Source of the DNA: Nemertoderma westbladi
Taxonomy: Eukaryota; Animalia; Xenacoelomorpha
NCBI GenBank assembly: GCA_032718475.1
Contig: JAUCBJ010009143.1
Span: 186,001 to 250,000, forward strand
DNA: 64,000 nucleotides
Reading direction: 5' to 3'
The notes under the pieces are model-generated. The model was not told where the DNA came from, made no database searches, and saw only the letters and a program-made list of their open reading frames with translations. The position numbers and the translations under genes were made by a program. Shown one piece after another: positions 10,739 through 21,400 of the stretch. The first letter of the stretch is position 1, and each line of letters starts with the position of its first letter.

Positions 10739-13700
10739 TACGTCGATTGGAACCAATCGGGATGTTTTCGACTACGACTGCTGCACCTCCGCTCGAAAAC
10801 CATGGGGGTGAGTCTTCCATCTTGAAATTCAGTGGCCTCATCCTCTTTGCGTACATCATTATCCGCAGTCCCATTTATATTGTAACGACGTAAAAATCTC
10901 CTATTTCTCCAATACTGTTGACCGTTCTCCAATTTAATGAGGTAGCTTCGACCGCGTGGAGTAGGATGAATAACTGTTCCCTTCTTGTCCCAAATTCCTG
11001 TACTCGAATTCTGTATCCGGACACCTGTCCCAGGTAGTAACACATCCAACTGACGAGCCCCTCGATTGTGAAGCTTTGTAGCACGCTCCCGGGTTTGCAA
11101 CACTTTAACTTCAGCTGCATTCAGCTCGTCTTCCGTTATCCTTTTGTAGCATATTTTTGGTAGAAGCGTTCTTGTAGGATGCCCATATCTGCGTTGTGAA
11201 GGACTGAGTCCATCTTTGCCTGGAGTGTTGTGATATTCCATCATAGCTGTAATAAACTCGGCTGTTTCAATGTTGCCAGTGGGGGCAACTTTCTTTATTA
11301 TATTTTTTATATGTTTAACAGCTGCTTCCGCAAAACCGTTTGCCTGGTGATTATAGGGTGAAGAGGGATCGTGAAAAATATAATATTTTTCAAGGAATTC
11401 TGTAAATTCGCGATTCTGGAATAGTGATAGGGAATGCCCTGAGCGAAACTGGGGTCCATTATCAGTGCTGAGTCGCATGGGAAATCCAAAATTTTGACAC
11501 CAATTTAATAAGCATTTGATCACCATATGTGTGGAAACACCACCATGACCACAATTATGAACTTCTGTCCATCGTGAGAATTTATCAGTTACAATAAGAT
11601 AATCTCTTCCTGTATATGAGAATAAATCAGCTGCAATTGATTCTCCTGAGATTCTAGGCCGTTCATCGTGAATCAATGGTTCTTCTCGTTGACTTTCTTT
11701 GTATTTCTCACACTGGTCACAACCTTTAATTGTATTAACAACGTCATTTGCCATGCCTGGCCAAAATACACATTGCCGAGATCTACTGAGAGTCCTCTCT
11801 TGTCCTTGATGAGCACTGTGTAGCTTCATTAGTATTTCATGCTGTAATTCTTTGGGTATAATGATACGATTACCATACATTATCAAATTATTGACAACTG
11901 AAAGCGAGTTTCTAATATTCCAAAATGGTCTCAACTCACAATCAACTTGATGTTTGTGTTCTGGGAATGGGCTCTTCGTGATAAATTCTCTTAGCTTACA
12001 ATAAGCTTTATCCTTATCTCCAGCTTCCTTAATTCGATTTAACGCTAAATCGGTGTGTTCGTTCACATGGCTGATGGCATTTATAACCACTTTGTCTGTA
12101 TAACCTTCTATCTCGGAACTTTCTTGAGTATCTTGATCCGTTACTTCTCCAACAGGAAATCTTGAAAATGTATCCGCTACTGTATTAGAAGATCCCTTGC
12201 GCCAAATTGCGGTGAGAGATGTATAAGCTAATTTCTCTTTCAACCGTACGATACGTGGAGATTCAATCTCATCCAAGGTTTTTTGATTTATTATAGCTAC
12301 CAGAGGTTTGTGATCAACAATAAGTTCACCCTTTGCTCCTCGAAGAAATAAACGACATTTTCGTATTGCCCAAACAACTGCGAGCAATTCTGCTTCAGTG
12401 GCAGAATACCTGGATTCGGTTGGAGACATAACCCGAGATCCACATTGTAATAATCGCCAGTGCTCACCTTGCAACTGCCATAATACAAACCCAATTCCCC
12501 TTGACTGGGCTGCATCAGTTTCCAATCGCATCGGGCTACCATGTGAAAAATGTGCCAGAACCAAATTTGATGTAAGTAGAGATATTAGCTTGTTAAAGCA
12601 TTCTTGATGATGGGCTTCCCAGATAAATGGCATTTTAGGGGAAAGAAGGGGATTAATTGGTATTGACAGAGTAGCGATTTTGGGAGAGAATGCTGCAAAC
12701 TGTTGAACCAATCCACAGAATGAACGGACATCTGTTCTCGTCTTGGGAACTGGAAATGATGATAATGCTGACACTAGGTTCGGGCTAACCATATAACCAG
12801 TTTCAGATAGTTGATAGCCGCACCATTCTACACTGTTTTGAGCATAAAGGAACTTCTTACGGTTTAATGTAATTCCATGATATCGGCACTGTTTCAATAC
12901 CTCACGAACCCGTTCTTCATGAGTATGAAGGTCAGTATCATATATTACTATGTCTTCCACAATCTTTTTAACATTACTTATACCTTCCAGAGCCCGATCT
13001 CCTCGACTATTATGCTCATCGCCGGCGCTTATTAAACCCATCGCATTCCTCTTGAACCTCATTCGTCCCCAAGGAGTTATAAATGTTGTGAGATGACGAC
13101 TTTCAGGAGCCAGTGGAACTTGCCAGTAGCCATGGCGTGCATCCAAAATGGTGAAAAATTTCATTCCAGGTTTTATTTGAGCCACCTCCTCTGCAGGTGT
13201 TTTGGTAGCATATCCTGGCCGCTTTATGTACATGTTTAAAGATCGAAAATCCACTGTGATACGTGGTTCATCTGACAGCTTTTTCGGGACCACAACCATG
13301 GGATGTATCCATTCTGAGATCTCTCCTTCTGGAACCCGCTCTATAATACCTTTCACTATCATTTTATCCAACATATCTCTGACCTTTGGTTGCCAGTGTA
13401 TTGGTATCGTGTGCGGTTTGTACTTTGCTCTAGGGACCGCCTCTGGCAGAAGTTCAATTTTCATTTCAGGTCCATTCATTGGCGACAAGAAAGAGTCATC
13501 ATCTAGTTCAGGCAGAATATCAGAAAACTCAGATATTAATTTTTCGCGATCAATTGTCTCGTGGATGTTAGGCTGATCTTTGGATTGTCTTATGATTGGT
13601 CCTAATTGATCATCAGACAATGCTGCAATTGCATGCACAGTTGTTTGATGACAATTCCATCCCTCTCTTGCAACTACATTAGGCCAACCATCTGGTAGCA

Positions 13701-15165
13701 ACTTCAGTGCTACACAACTGCTACGACTGAGCAATGGTGAGTGTACATGGTTCAGGATGTGAACTCGTGCTTCAGTTGAGCGCCCATAAAGAGATAACTT
13801 TACATTTACACTACCGAGAGTTTTAAGTCTACGTCCATCTGGTCCAGTTAGTTGTGTATTGTCATCTTCAATTCTATAACATTGAAGCCCGTCGGCAAGA
13901 TCAGATAGATGAAAAGCAGACATAACATTTGCAAATGCCCCAGGATCACACAACCATGTTAATTTTTTGGGTTTTGATGGCCCAAAAGTGGTGTATATGG
14001 GAACTTTATAGTCTCCGGTACAAACATGCCCCAATGCAATATAATTTAGTGCTCCAGGGTTCACTACATTACGATTTGTCTTATTGCCACTTTGGCATAC
14101 TCTACTATAGTGACCCAGTTTATTGCACTTCCGACAAATAACATTATGGGCCGGACAGGTTTGGTTTCTATGAGCAGCATATCCACATTTATTACAGTTC
14201 TTACTGCTAATTAATTTTTGACTTAAAACATCATGTCTAATTTTTTTATATGCTGACTTTGAAAGAGCATTAATTTGTTCATTAACACTTTCGGGATCTT
14301 CCTCACTTGTATCATCCTGACCATCATCCTCATCTGAACTGAGGTCAACATTGGCTAATGGTATACTTGTGCCCCGGGATGTTTTAGGAAGTTCCATATC
14401 TACTGCCACACTGGTTTCAAGAGATCTACATAATGACAAAACTTTCTCAAGATTCAACTCCTCAATTGGGAATTCTAAGATTCGTTGGCGCATCTGTGAG
14501 TCAGTCAGACCGGTAATAACAGCAGAAACTAACTGTTCTTCTCGGTGCTCAGCGCCATTAGGACAGTTTGCTGCTGCCCATGCACATTCGCGTTCCATTG
14601 TTCGAAGGGACATATAATAATCATTGAACCTCTCACCTGGATGTTGTCTTCTTAGTCGGAATGCTTCGCGATCCAATAATACATGTCGCTCCCCTCGAAG
14701 ATACTGTTCCATGGCTTTAATCATCTGATTTGGGCTCGGATTTTCAGGAACGCCAATAACATGCTCCTTGAAACGTCGTTTCCACTCGGAATGCATTGCC
14801 AACCTTAGCTGGCCTCGCTGGGTATCTGCATTTGCCTGATTTAAGTTAACTGAGCTTACATAGTCGTTCCAGTTCTCTTTCCAATTTTCGAACTGTGGAA
14901 GAGTCATTCCTTCTGGAGATTCAAGTTTAGGAATCTCGAATTTAAACCGCTGCTGATTAATTGAAGCATTGCGATCTCCTCTTTGTGCATCAGCAAGAAC
15001 TTTGATGGCATCGAGCTGAGCATTGGTAATTCTCTGTTGTTGCTCCATTTGAAATTGTATAAATTTTTCCATTGTTCCCATTTCAACCGGATTAGCTGTC
15101 TGTAATTGGGCAATCTGCTCCCTGGCATCTTCCAATTCGGCTTCCAGCTCGGCTTTAGTCGGCAT
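10738..15165 (-). CDS. Gag-Pol polyprotein, 1475 aa (capsid, two zinc knuckles, aspartic protease, RT, RNase H, integrase)
   Basis: CNKCGYAAH...C and CRKCNKLGHYSRVC knuckles; LCDPGA protease; RT motifs RITVDFRSLN, LDARHGYWQVPL, KIVEDIVIY; RNase H ETDA, EAELLA, VDHKPL, ADTFSR; integrase HSAH...CDQC, ADLF, TDNGPQF, NGFAEAAV; C-terminal RSYLI...RNRRFLR. No internal stop or frameshift. Confidence 0.97.
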   Translation of the reverse strand: MPTKAELEAELEDAREQIAQLQTANPVEMGTMEKFIQFQMEQQQRITNAQLDAIKVLADAQRGDRNASINQQRFKFEIPKLESPEGMTLPQFENWKENWNDYVSSVNLNQANADTQRGQLRLAMHSEWKRRFKEHVIGVPENPSPNQMIKAMEQYLRGERHVLLDREAFRLRRQHPGERFNDYYMSLRTMERECAWAAANCPNGAEHREEQLVSAVITGLTDSQMRQRILEFPIEELNLEKVLSLCRSLETSVAVDMELPKTSRGTSIPLANVDLSSDEDDGQDDTSEEDPESVNEQINALSKSAYKKIRHDVLSQKLISSKNCNKCGYAAHRNQTCPAHNVICRKCNKLGHYSRVCQSGNKTNRNVVNPGALNYIALGHVCTGDYKVPIYTTFGPSKPKKLTWLCDPGAFANVMSAFHLSDLADGLQCYRIEDDNTQLTGPDGRRLKTLGSVNVKLSLYGRSTEARVHILNHVHSPLLSRSSCVALKLLPDGWPNVVAREGWNCHQTTVHAIAALSDDQLGPIIRQSKDQPNIHETIDREKLISEFSDILPELDDDSFLSPMNGPEMKIELLPEAVPRAKYKPHTIPIHWQPKVRDMLDKMIVKGIIERVPEGEISEWIHPMVVVPKKLSDEPRITVDFRSLNMYIKRPGYATKTPAEEVAQIKPGMKFFTILDARHGYWQVPLAPESRHLTTFITPWGRMRFKRNAMGLISAGDEHNSRGDRALEGISNVKKIVEDIVIYDTDLHTHEERVREVLKQCRYHGITLNRKKFLYAQNSVEWCGYQLSETGYMVSPNLVSALSSFPVPKTRTDVRSFCGLVQQFAAFSPKIATLSIPINPLLSPKMPFIWEAHHQECFNKLISLLTSNLVLAHFSHGSPMRLETDAAQSRGIGFVLWQLQGEHWRLLQCGSRVMSPTESRYSATEAELLAVVWAIRKCRLFLRGAKGELIVDHKPLVAIINQKTLDEIESPRIVRLKEKLAYTSLTAIWRKGSSNTVADTFSRFPVGEVTDQDTQESSEIEGYTDKVVINAISHVNEHTDLALNRIKEAGDKDKAYCKLREFITKSPFPEHKHQVDCELRPFWNIRNSLSVVNNLIMYGNRIIIPKELQHEILMKLHSAHQGQERTLSRSRQCVFWPGMANDVVNTIKGCDQCEKYKESQREEPLIHDERPRISGESIAADLFSYTGRDYLIVTDKFSRWTEVHNCGHGGVSTHMVIKCLLNWCQNFGFPMRLSTDNGPQFRSGHSLSLFQNREFTEFLEKYYIFHDPSSPYNHQANGFAEAAVKHIKNIIKKVAPTGNIETAEFITAMMEYHNTPGKDGLSPSQRRYGHPTRTLLPKICYKRITEDELNAAEVKVLQTRERATKLHNRGARQLDVLLPGTGVRIQNSSTGIWDKKGTVIHPTPRGRSYLIKLENGQQYWRNRRFLRRYNINGTADNDVRKEDEATEFQDGRLTPMVFERRCSSRSRKHPDWFQST

Positions 15166-15185
15166 AATGGATAGCTAGAGTTTTA

Positions 15186-15197
15186 CTCGCAGCGCCA
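15186..15197 (-). promoter_or_regulatory. Primer-binding site, probably tRNA-Ser
   Basis: Minus strand TGGCGCTGCGAG directly after the 5' LTR, complementary to a tRNA ending ...CUCGCAGCG-CCA. This resembles metazoan tRNA-Ser 3' ends (recalled, not searched). Confidence 0.8.
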
Positions 15198-15422
15198 TGA
15201 AGAATAATGTCTAATTGTTTAACTCAAAGTATAATCTATCGACTATATTGGGAAACTGTACCGGTAGGTAGGAAGCCCGGTATGCAATATACAATATAGT
15301 ACCGGTAGAATTGTTAGGAGGTACGGTACACGGTAACTATTATATATCTAAATTAGATTATCTTTTTAAATCTCCCGCCACCTATTAACTCTCAATATTA
15401 TTATATACTCCAGTATACTCCA
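15198..15422 (-). repeat. 5' LTR (225 bp)
   Basis: Minus strand TGGAGTATAC...TTATTCTTCA with imperfect terminal inverted repeats (TGGAGTATA vs TGAAGAATA); followed directly by the PBS. Confidence 0.97.
15340..15346 (-). promoter_or_regulatory. Candidate LTR TATA box
   Basis: Minus strand TATATAA about 77 nt into the 5' LTR; the context is AT-rich, so support is weak. Confidence 0.35.
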
Positions 15423-18400
15423 TCTACCTTCTACTTCCGCACACTCGAAGCCTCACCACCTGGCCAGCATCACTCCAGATTAATTTATCTTCTACTTCAA
15501 CTGGGCCACCAGATCTCCCGATTAATCCAACTTCTACTTCCGCACACTCGAAGCCTCTCCACCTGGCCAGCAGCACTCCAGATTAATTTATCTTCTACTT
15601 CAACTGGGCCACCAGATCTCCCTATTAATCTACCTTCTACTTCCGCACACTCGAAGCCTCACCACCTGGCCAGCAGCACTCCAAATTAATTTATCTTCTA
15701 CTTCAACTGGGCCACCAGCTCCCTATTAATCTACCTTCTACTTCCGCACACTCGAAGCCTCACCACCTGGCCAGCAGCACTCCAGATTAATTTATCTTCT
15801 ACTTCAACTGGGCCACCAGATCTCCCTATTAATCTACCTTCTTCTTCCGCACACTCGAAGCCTCACCACCTGGCCAGCAGCACTCCAGATTAATTTATCT
15901 TCTACTTCAACTGGGCCACCAGATCTCCCAATTAATCCAACTTCTACTTCCGCACACTCGAAGCCTCATCAACTGGGCCAGCAGCACTCCAGATTAATTT
16001 ATCTTCTACTTCAACTGGGCCTCTAGATCTCCCGATTAATCCAACTTCTACTTCCGCACACTCGAAGCCTCACCACCTGGCCAGCAGCACTCCAGATTAA
16101 TTTATCTTCTACTTCAACTGGGCCACCAGATCTCCCGATTAATCCAACTTCTACTTCCGAACACTCGAAGCCTCACCACCTGGCCAGCAGCACTCCAGAT
16201 TAATTTATCTTCTACTTCAACTGGGCCACCAGATCTCCCTATTAATCTACCTTCTTCTTCCGCACACTCGAAGCCTCACCACCTGGCCAGCAGCACTCCA
16301 GATTAATTTATCTTCTACTTCAACTGGGCCACCAGATCTCCCAATTAATCCAACTTCTACTTCCGCACACTCGAAGCCTCATCAACTGGGCCAGCAGCAC
16401 TCCAGATTAATTTATCTTCTACTTCAACTGGGCCTCTAGATCTCCCGATTAATCCAACTTCTACTTCCGCACACTCGAAGCCTCACCACCTGGCCAGCAG
16501 CACTCCAGATTAATTTATCTTCTACTTCAACTGGGCCACCAGATCTCCCTATTAATCTACTTTCTACTTCCGCACACTCGAAGCCTCACCACCTGGCCAT
16601 CAGCACTCCAGATTAATTTATCTTCTACTTCAACTGGGCCACCAGATCTCCCTATTAATCTACCTTCTACTTCCGCACACTCGAAGCCTCACCACCTGGC
16701 CAGCATCACTCCAGATTAATTTATCTTCTACTTCAACTGGGCCACCAGATCTCCCGAATAATCCAACTTCTACTTCCGCACACTCGAAGCCTCTCCACCT
16801 GGCCAGCAGCACTCCAGATTAATTTATCTTCTACTTCAACTGGGCCACCAGATCTCCCTATTAATCTACCTTCTACTTCCGCACACTCGAAGCCTCACCA
16901 CCTGGCCAGCAGCACTCCAAATTAATTTATCTTCTACTTCAACTGGGCCACCAGCTCCCTATTAATCTACCTTCTACTTCCGCACACTCGAAGCCTCACC
17001 ACCTGGCCAGCAGCACTCCAGATTAATTTATCTTCTACTTCAACTGGGCCACCAGATCTCCCTATTAATCTACCTTCTTCTTCCGCACACTCGAAGCCTC
17101 ACCACCTGGCCAGCAGCACTCCAGATTAATTTATCTTCTACTTCAACTGGGCCACCAGATCTCCCAATTAATCCAACTTCTACTTCCGCACACTCGAAGC
17201 CTCACCACCTGGCCAGCAGCACTCCAGATTAATTTATCTTCTACTTCAACTGGGCCACCAGATCTCCCGATTAATCCAACTTCTACTTCCGAACACTCGA
17301 AGCCTCACCACCTGGCCAGCAGCACTCCAGATTAATTTATCTTCTACTTCAACTGGGCCACCAGATCTCCCTATTAATCCAACTTCTACTTCCGCACACT
17401 CGAAGCCTCATCAACTGGGCCAGCAGCACTCCAGATTAATTTATCTTCTACTTCAACTGGGCCACCAGCTCCCTATTAATCTACGTTCTACTTCCGCACA
17501 CTCGAAGCCTCACCACCTGGCCAGCAGTACTCCAGATTAAATTCTCTTCTACTTCAACTGGGCCACCAGAACTCCCTATTAATCTACCTTCTACTTCCGC
17601 ACACTCGAAGCCTCACCACCTGGCCAGCAGCACTCCAGATTAATTTATCTTCTACTTCAACTGGGCCACCAGATCTCCCTATTAATCTACCTTCTACTTC
17701 CGCACACTCAAAGCCTCACCACCTGGCCAGCAGCACTCCAGATTAATTTATTTTCTACTTCAAATGGGCCACCAGATCTCCCGATTAATCCAACTTCTAC
17801 TTCCGCACACTCGAAGCCTCACCACCTGGCCAGCAGCACTCCAGATTAATTTATCTTCTACTTCAACTGGGCCACCAGATCTCCCGATCAATCCAACTTC
17901 TACTTCCGCACACTCAAAGCCTCACCACCTGGCCAGCAGCACTCCAGATTAATTTATTTTCTACTTCAAATGGGCCACCAGATCTCCCGATTAATCCAAC
18001 TTCTACTTCCGCACACTCGAAGCCTCACCACCTGGCCAGCAGCACTCCAGATTAATTTATCTTCTACTTCAACTGGGCCACCAGATCTCCCGATTAATCC
18101 AACTTCTACTTCCGCACACTCAAAGCCTCACCACCTGGCCAGCAGCACTCCAGATTAATTTATCTTCTACTTCAACTGGGCCACCAGATCTCCCGATTAA
18201 TCCAACTTCTACTTCCACACACTCAAAGCCTCACCACCTGGCCAGCAGCACTCCAGATTAATTTATCTTCTACTTCAACTGGGCCACCAGATCTCCCGAT
18301 TAATCCAACTTCTACTTCCGCACACTCAAAGCCTCACCACCTGGCCAGCAATACTCCAGATTAATTTATCTTCTACTTCAACTGGGCCACCAGATCTCCC

Positions 18401-21400
18401 GATTAATCCAACTTCTACTTCCGCACACTCGAAGCCTCACCACCTGGCCAGCAGCACTCCAGATTAATTTATCTTCTACTTCAACTGGGCCACCAGATCT
18501 CCCTATTAATCCAACTTCTACTTCCGCACACTCAAAGCCTCACCACCTGGCCAGCAATACTCCAGATTAATTTATCTTCTACTTCAACTGGGCCACCAGA
18601 TCTCCCGATTAATCCAACTTCTACTTCCGCACACTCGAAGCCTTACCATCTGGCCAGCAGCACTCCAGATTAATTTATCTTCTACTTCAACTGGGCCACC
18701 AGATCTCCCGATTAATCCAACTTCTACTTCCGCACACTCGAAGCGTCATCAACTGGGCCAGCAGCACTCCAGATTAATTTATCTTCTACTTCAACTGGGC
18801 CACCAGATCTCCCGATTAATCCAACTTCTACTTCCGCACACTCGAAGCCTCACCACCTGGCCAGCAGCACTCCAGATTAATTTATCTTCTACTTCAACTG
18901 GGCCACCAGATCTCCCGATTAATCCAACTTCTACTTCCGCACACTCGAAGCCTCACCACCTGGCCAGCAGCACTCCAGATTAATTTATCTTCTACTTCAA
19001 CTGGGCCACCAGATCTCCCGATTAATCCAACTTCTACTTCCGCACACTCGAAGCCTCACCACCTGGCCAGCAGCACTCCAGATTAATTTATCTTCTACTT
19101 CAACTGGGCCACCAGATCTCCCGATTAATCCAACTTCTACTTCCGCACACTCGAAGCCTCACCATCTGGCCAGCAGTACTCCAGATTAATTTATCTTCTA
19201 CTTCAACTGGGCCACCAGATCTCCCGATTAATCGAACTTCTACTTCCGCACACTCGAAGCCTCACCACCTGGCCAGCAGCACTCCAGATTAATTTATCTT
19301 CTACTTCAACTGGGCCACCAGATCTCCCGATTAATCCAACTTCTACTTCCGCACACTCAAAGCCTCACCACCTGGCCAGCAGCACTCCAGATTAATTTAA
19401 CTTCTACTTCAACTGGGCCACCAGATCTCCCGATTAATCCAACTTCTACTTCCGCACACTCGAAGCCTCACCACCTGGCCAGCAGCACTCCAGATTAATT
19501 TATCTTCTACTTCAACTGGGCCACCAGATCTCCCTATTAATCTACCTTCTACTACCGCACACTCGAAGCCTCACCACCTGGCCAGCATCACTCCAGATTA
19601 ATTTATCTTCTACTTCAACTGGGCCACCAGATCTCCCTATTAATCCAACTTCTACTTCCGCACACTCGAAGCCTCACCACCTGGCCAGCAGCACTCCAGA
19701 TTAATTTATCTTCTACTTCAACTGGGCCACCAGATCTCCCTATTAATCTACCTTCTACTTCCGCACACTCGAAGCCTCACCACCTGGCCAGCAGTACTCC
19801 AGATTAATTTATCTTCTACTTCAACTGGGCCACCAGATCTCCCTATTAATCTACTTTCTACTTCCGCACACTCGAAGCCTCACCACCTGGCCAGCAGCAC
19901 TCCAGATTAATTTATCTTCTACTTCAACTAGGCCACCAGATCTCCCTATTAATCTACCTTCTACTTCCGCACACTCGAAGCCTCACCACCTGGCCAGCAG
20001 CACTCCAGATTAATTTATCTTCTACTTCAACTGGGCCACCAGATCTCCCGATTAATCCAACTTCTACTTCCGCACACTCAAAGCCTCACCACCTGGCCAG
20101 CAGCACTCCAGATTAATTTATCTTCTACTTCAACTGGGCCACCAGATCTCCCGATTAATCCAACTTCTACTTCCGCACACTCGAAGCCTCTCAACCTGGC
20201 CAGCAGCACTCCAGATTAATTTATCTTCTACTTCAACTGGGCCACCATATCTCCCGATTAATCCAACTTCTACTTCCGCACACTCAAAGCCTCACCACCT
20301 GGCCAGCAGCACTCCAGATTAATTTATCTTCTACTTCAACTGGGCCACCAGATCTCCCAATTAATCCAACTTCTACTTCCGCACACTCGAAGCCTCACCA
20401 CCTGGCCAGCAGCACTCCAGATTAATTTATCTTCTACTTCAACTGGGCCACCATATCTCCCGATTAATCCAACTTCTACTTCCGCACACTCTAAGCCTTA
20501 CCATCTGGCCAGCAGAACTCCAGATTAATTTATCTTCTACTTCAACTGGGCCACCAGATCTCCCGATTAATCCAACTTCTACTTCCGCACACTCGAAGCC
20601 TCATCAACTGGGCCAGCAGCACTCCAGATTAATTTATCTTCTACTTCAACTGGGCCACCAGATCTCCCAATTAATCCAACTTCTACTTCCGCACACTCGA
20701 AGCCTCACCACCTGGCCAGCAGCACTCCAGATTAATTTATCTTTTACTTCAACTGGGCCACCAGATCTCCCTATTAATCTACCTTCTACTTCCGCACACT
20801 CGAAGCCTCACCACCTGGCCAGCAGCACTCCAGATTAATTTATCTTCTACTTCAACTGGGCCACCAGATCTCCCGATTAATCCAACTTCTACTTCCGCAC
20901 ACTCGAAGCCTCACCACATGGCCAGCAGCACTCCAGATTAATTTATCTTCTACTTCAACTGGGCCACCAGATCTCCCGCTTAATCCAACTTCTACTTCCG
21001 CACACTCGAAGCCTCACCATCTGGCCAGCAGCACTCCAGATTAATTTATCTTCTACTTCAACTGGGCCACCAGATCTCCCGATTAATCCAACTTCTACTT
21101 CCGCACACTCGAAGCCTCACCACCTCGCCAGCAGCACTCCAGATTAAATTATCTTCTACTTCAACTGGGCCACCAGATCTCCCGATTAATCCAACTTCTA
21201 CTTCCGCACACTCAAAGCCTCACCACCTGGCCAGCAGCACTCCAGATTAATTTAACTTCTACTTCAACTGGGCCACCAGATCTCCCGATTAATCCAACTT
21301 CTACTTCCGCACACTCGAAGCCTCACCACCTGGCCAGCAGCACTCCAGATTAATTTATCTTCTACTTCAACTGGGCCACCAGATCTCCCTATTAATCTAC

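Larger units (their letters stand above)
10351..15422 (-). mobile_element. Full-length Ty3/Gypsy (Mag-like) LTR retrotransposon, 5072 bp
   Basis: Two 225-bp direct repeats with TG...CA ends; TCTAC duplicated on both sides (10346-10350, 15423-15427); PBS and PPT present; domain order gag-PR-RT-RH-IN. The Mag assignment is inferred from the double zinc knuckle, single ORF, Ser-type PBS and integrase C-terminus. Confidence 0.97.

Noticed and set aside
10738-10900. Chromodomain or CR-type targeting motif at the integrase C-terminus
   Set aside because: Only a short basic tail (RRCSSRSRKHPDWF) follows the SH3-like region; no aromatic-cage pattern is visible.
11422-11433. tetO-like TCCCTATCA string, or a mini-intron, in the integrase insertion
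   Set aside because: Only a 9-bp half-site, expected by chance; the 27-bp segment lacks GT-AG ends that would restore the frame.
10656-15128. Short alternative-frame and antisense ORFs inside the Gypsy element, including the poly-Gly 72-aa ORF as a possible env or extra gene
   Set aside because: They are shadows of the long ORF with no recognisable motifs; the poly-Gly run is just the G homopolymer.
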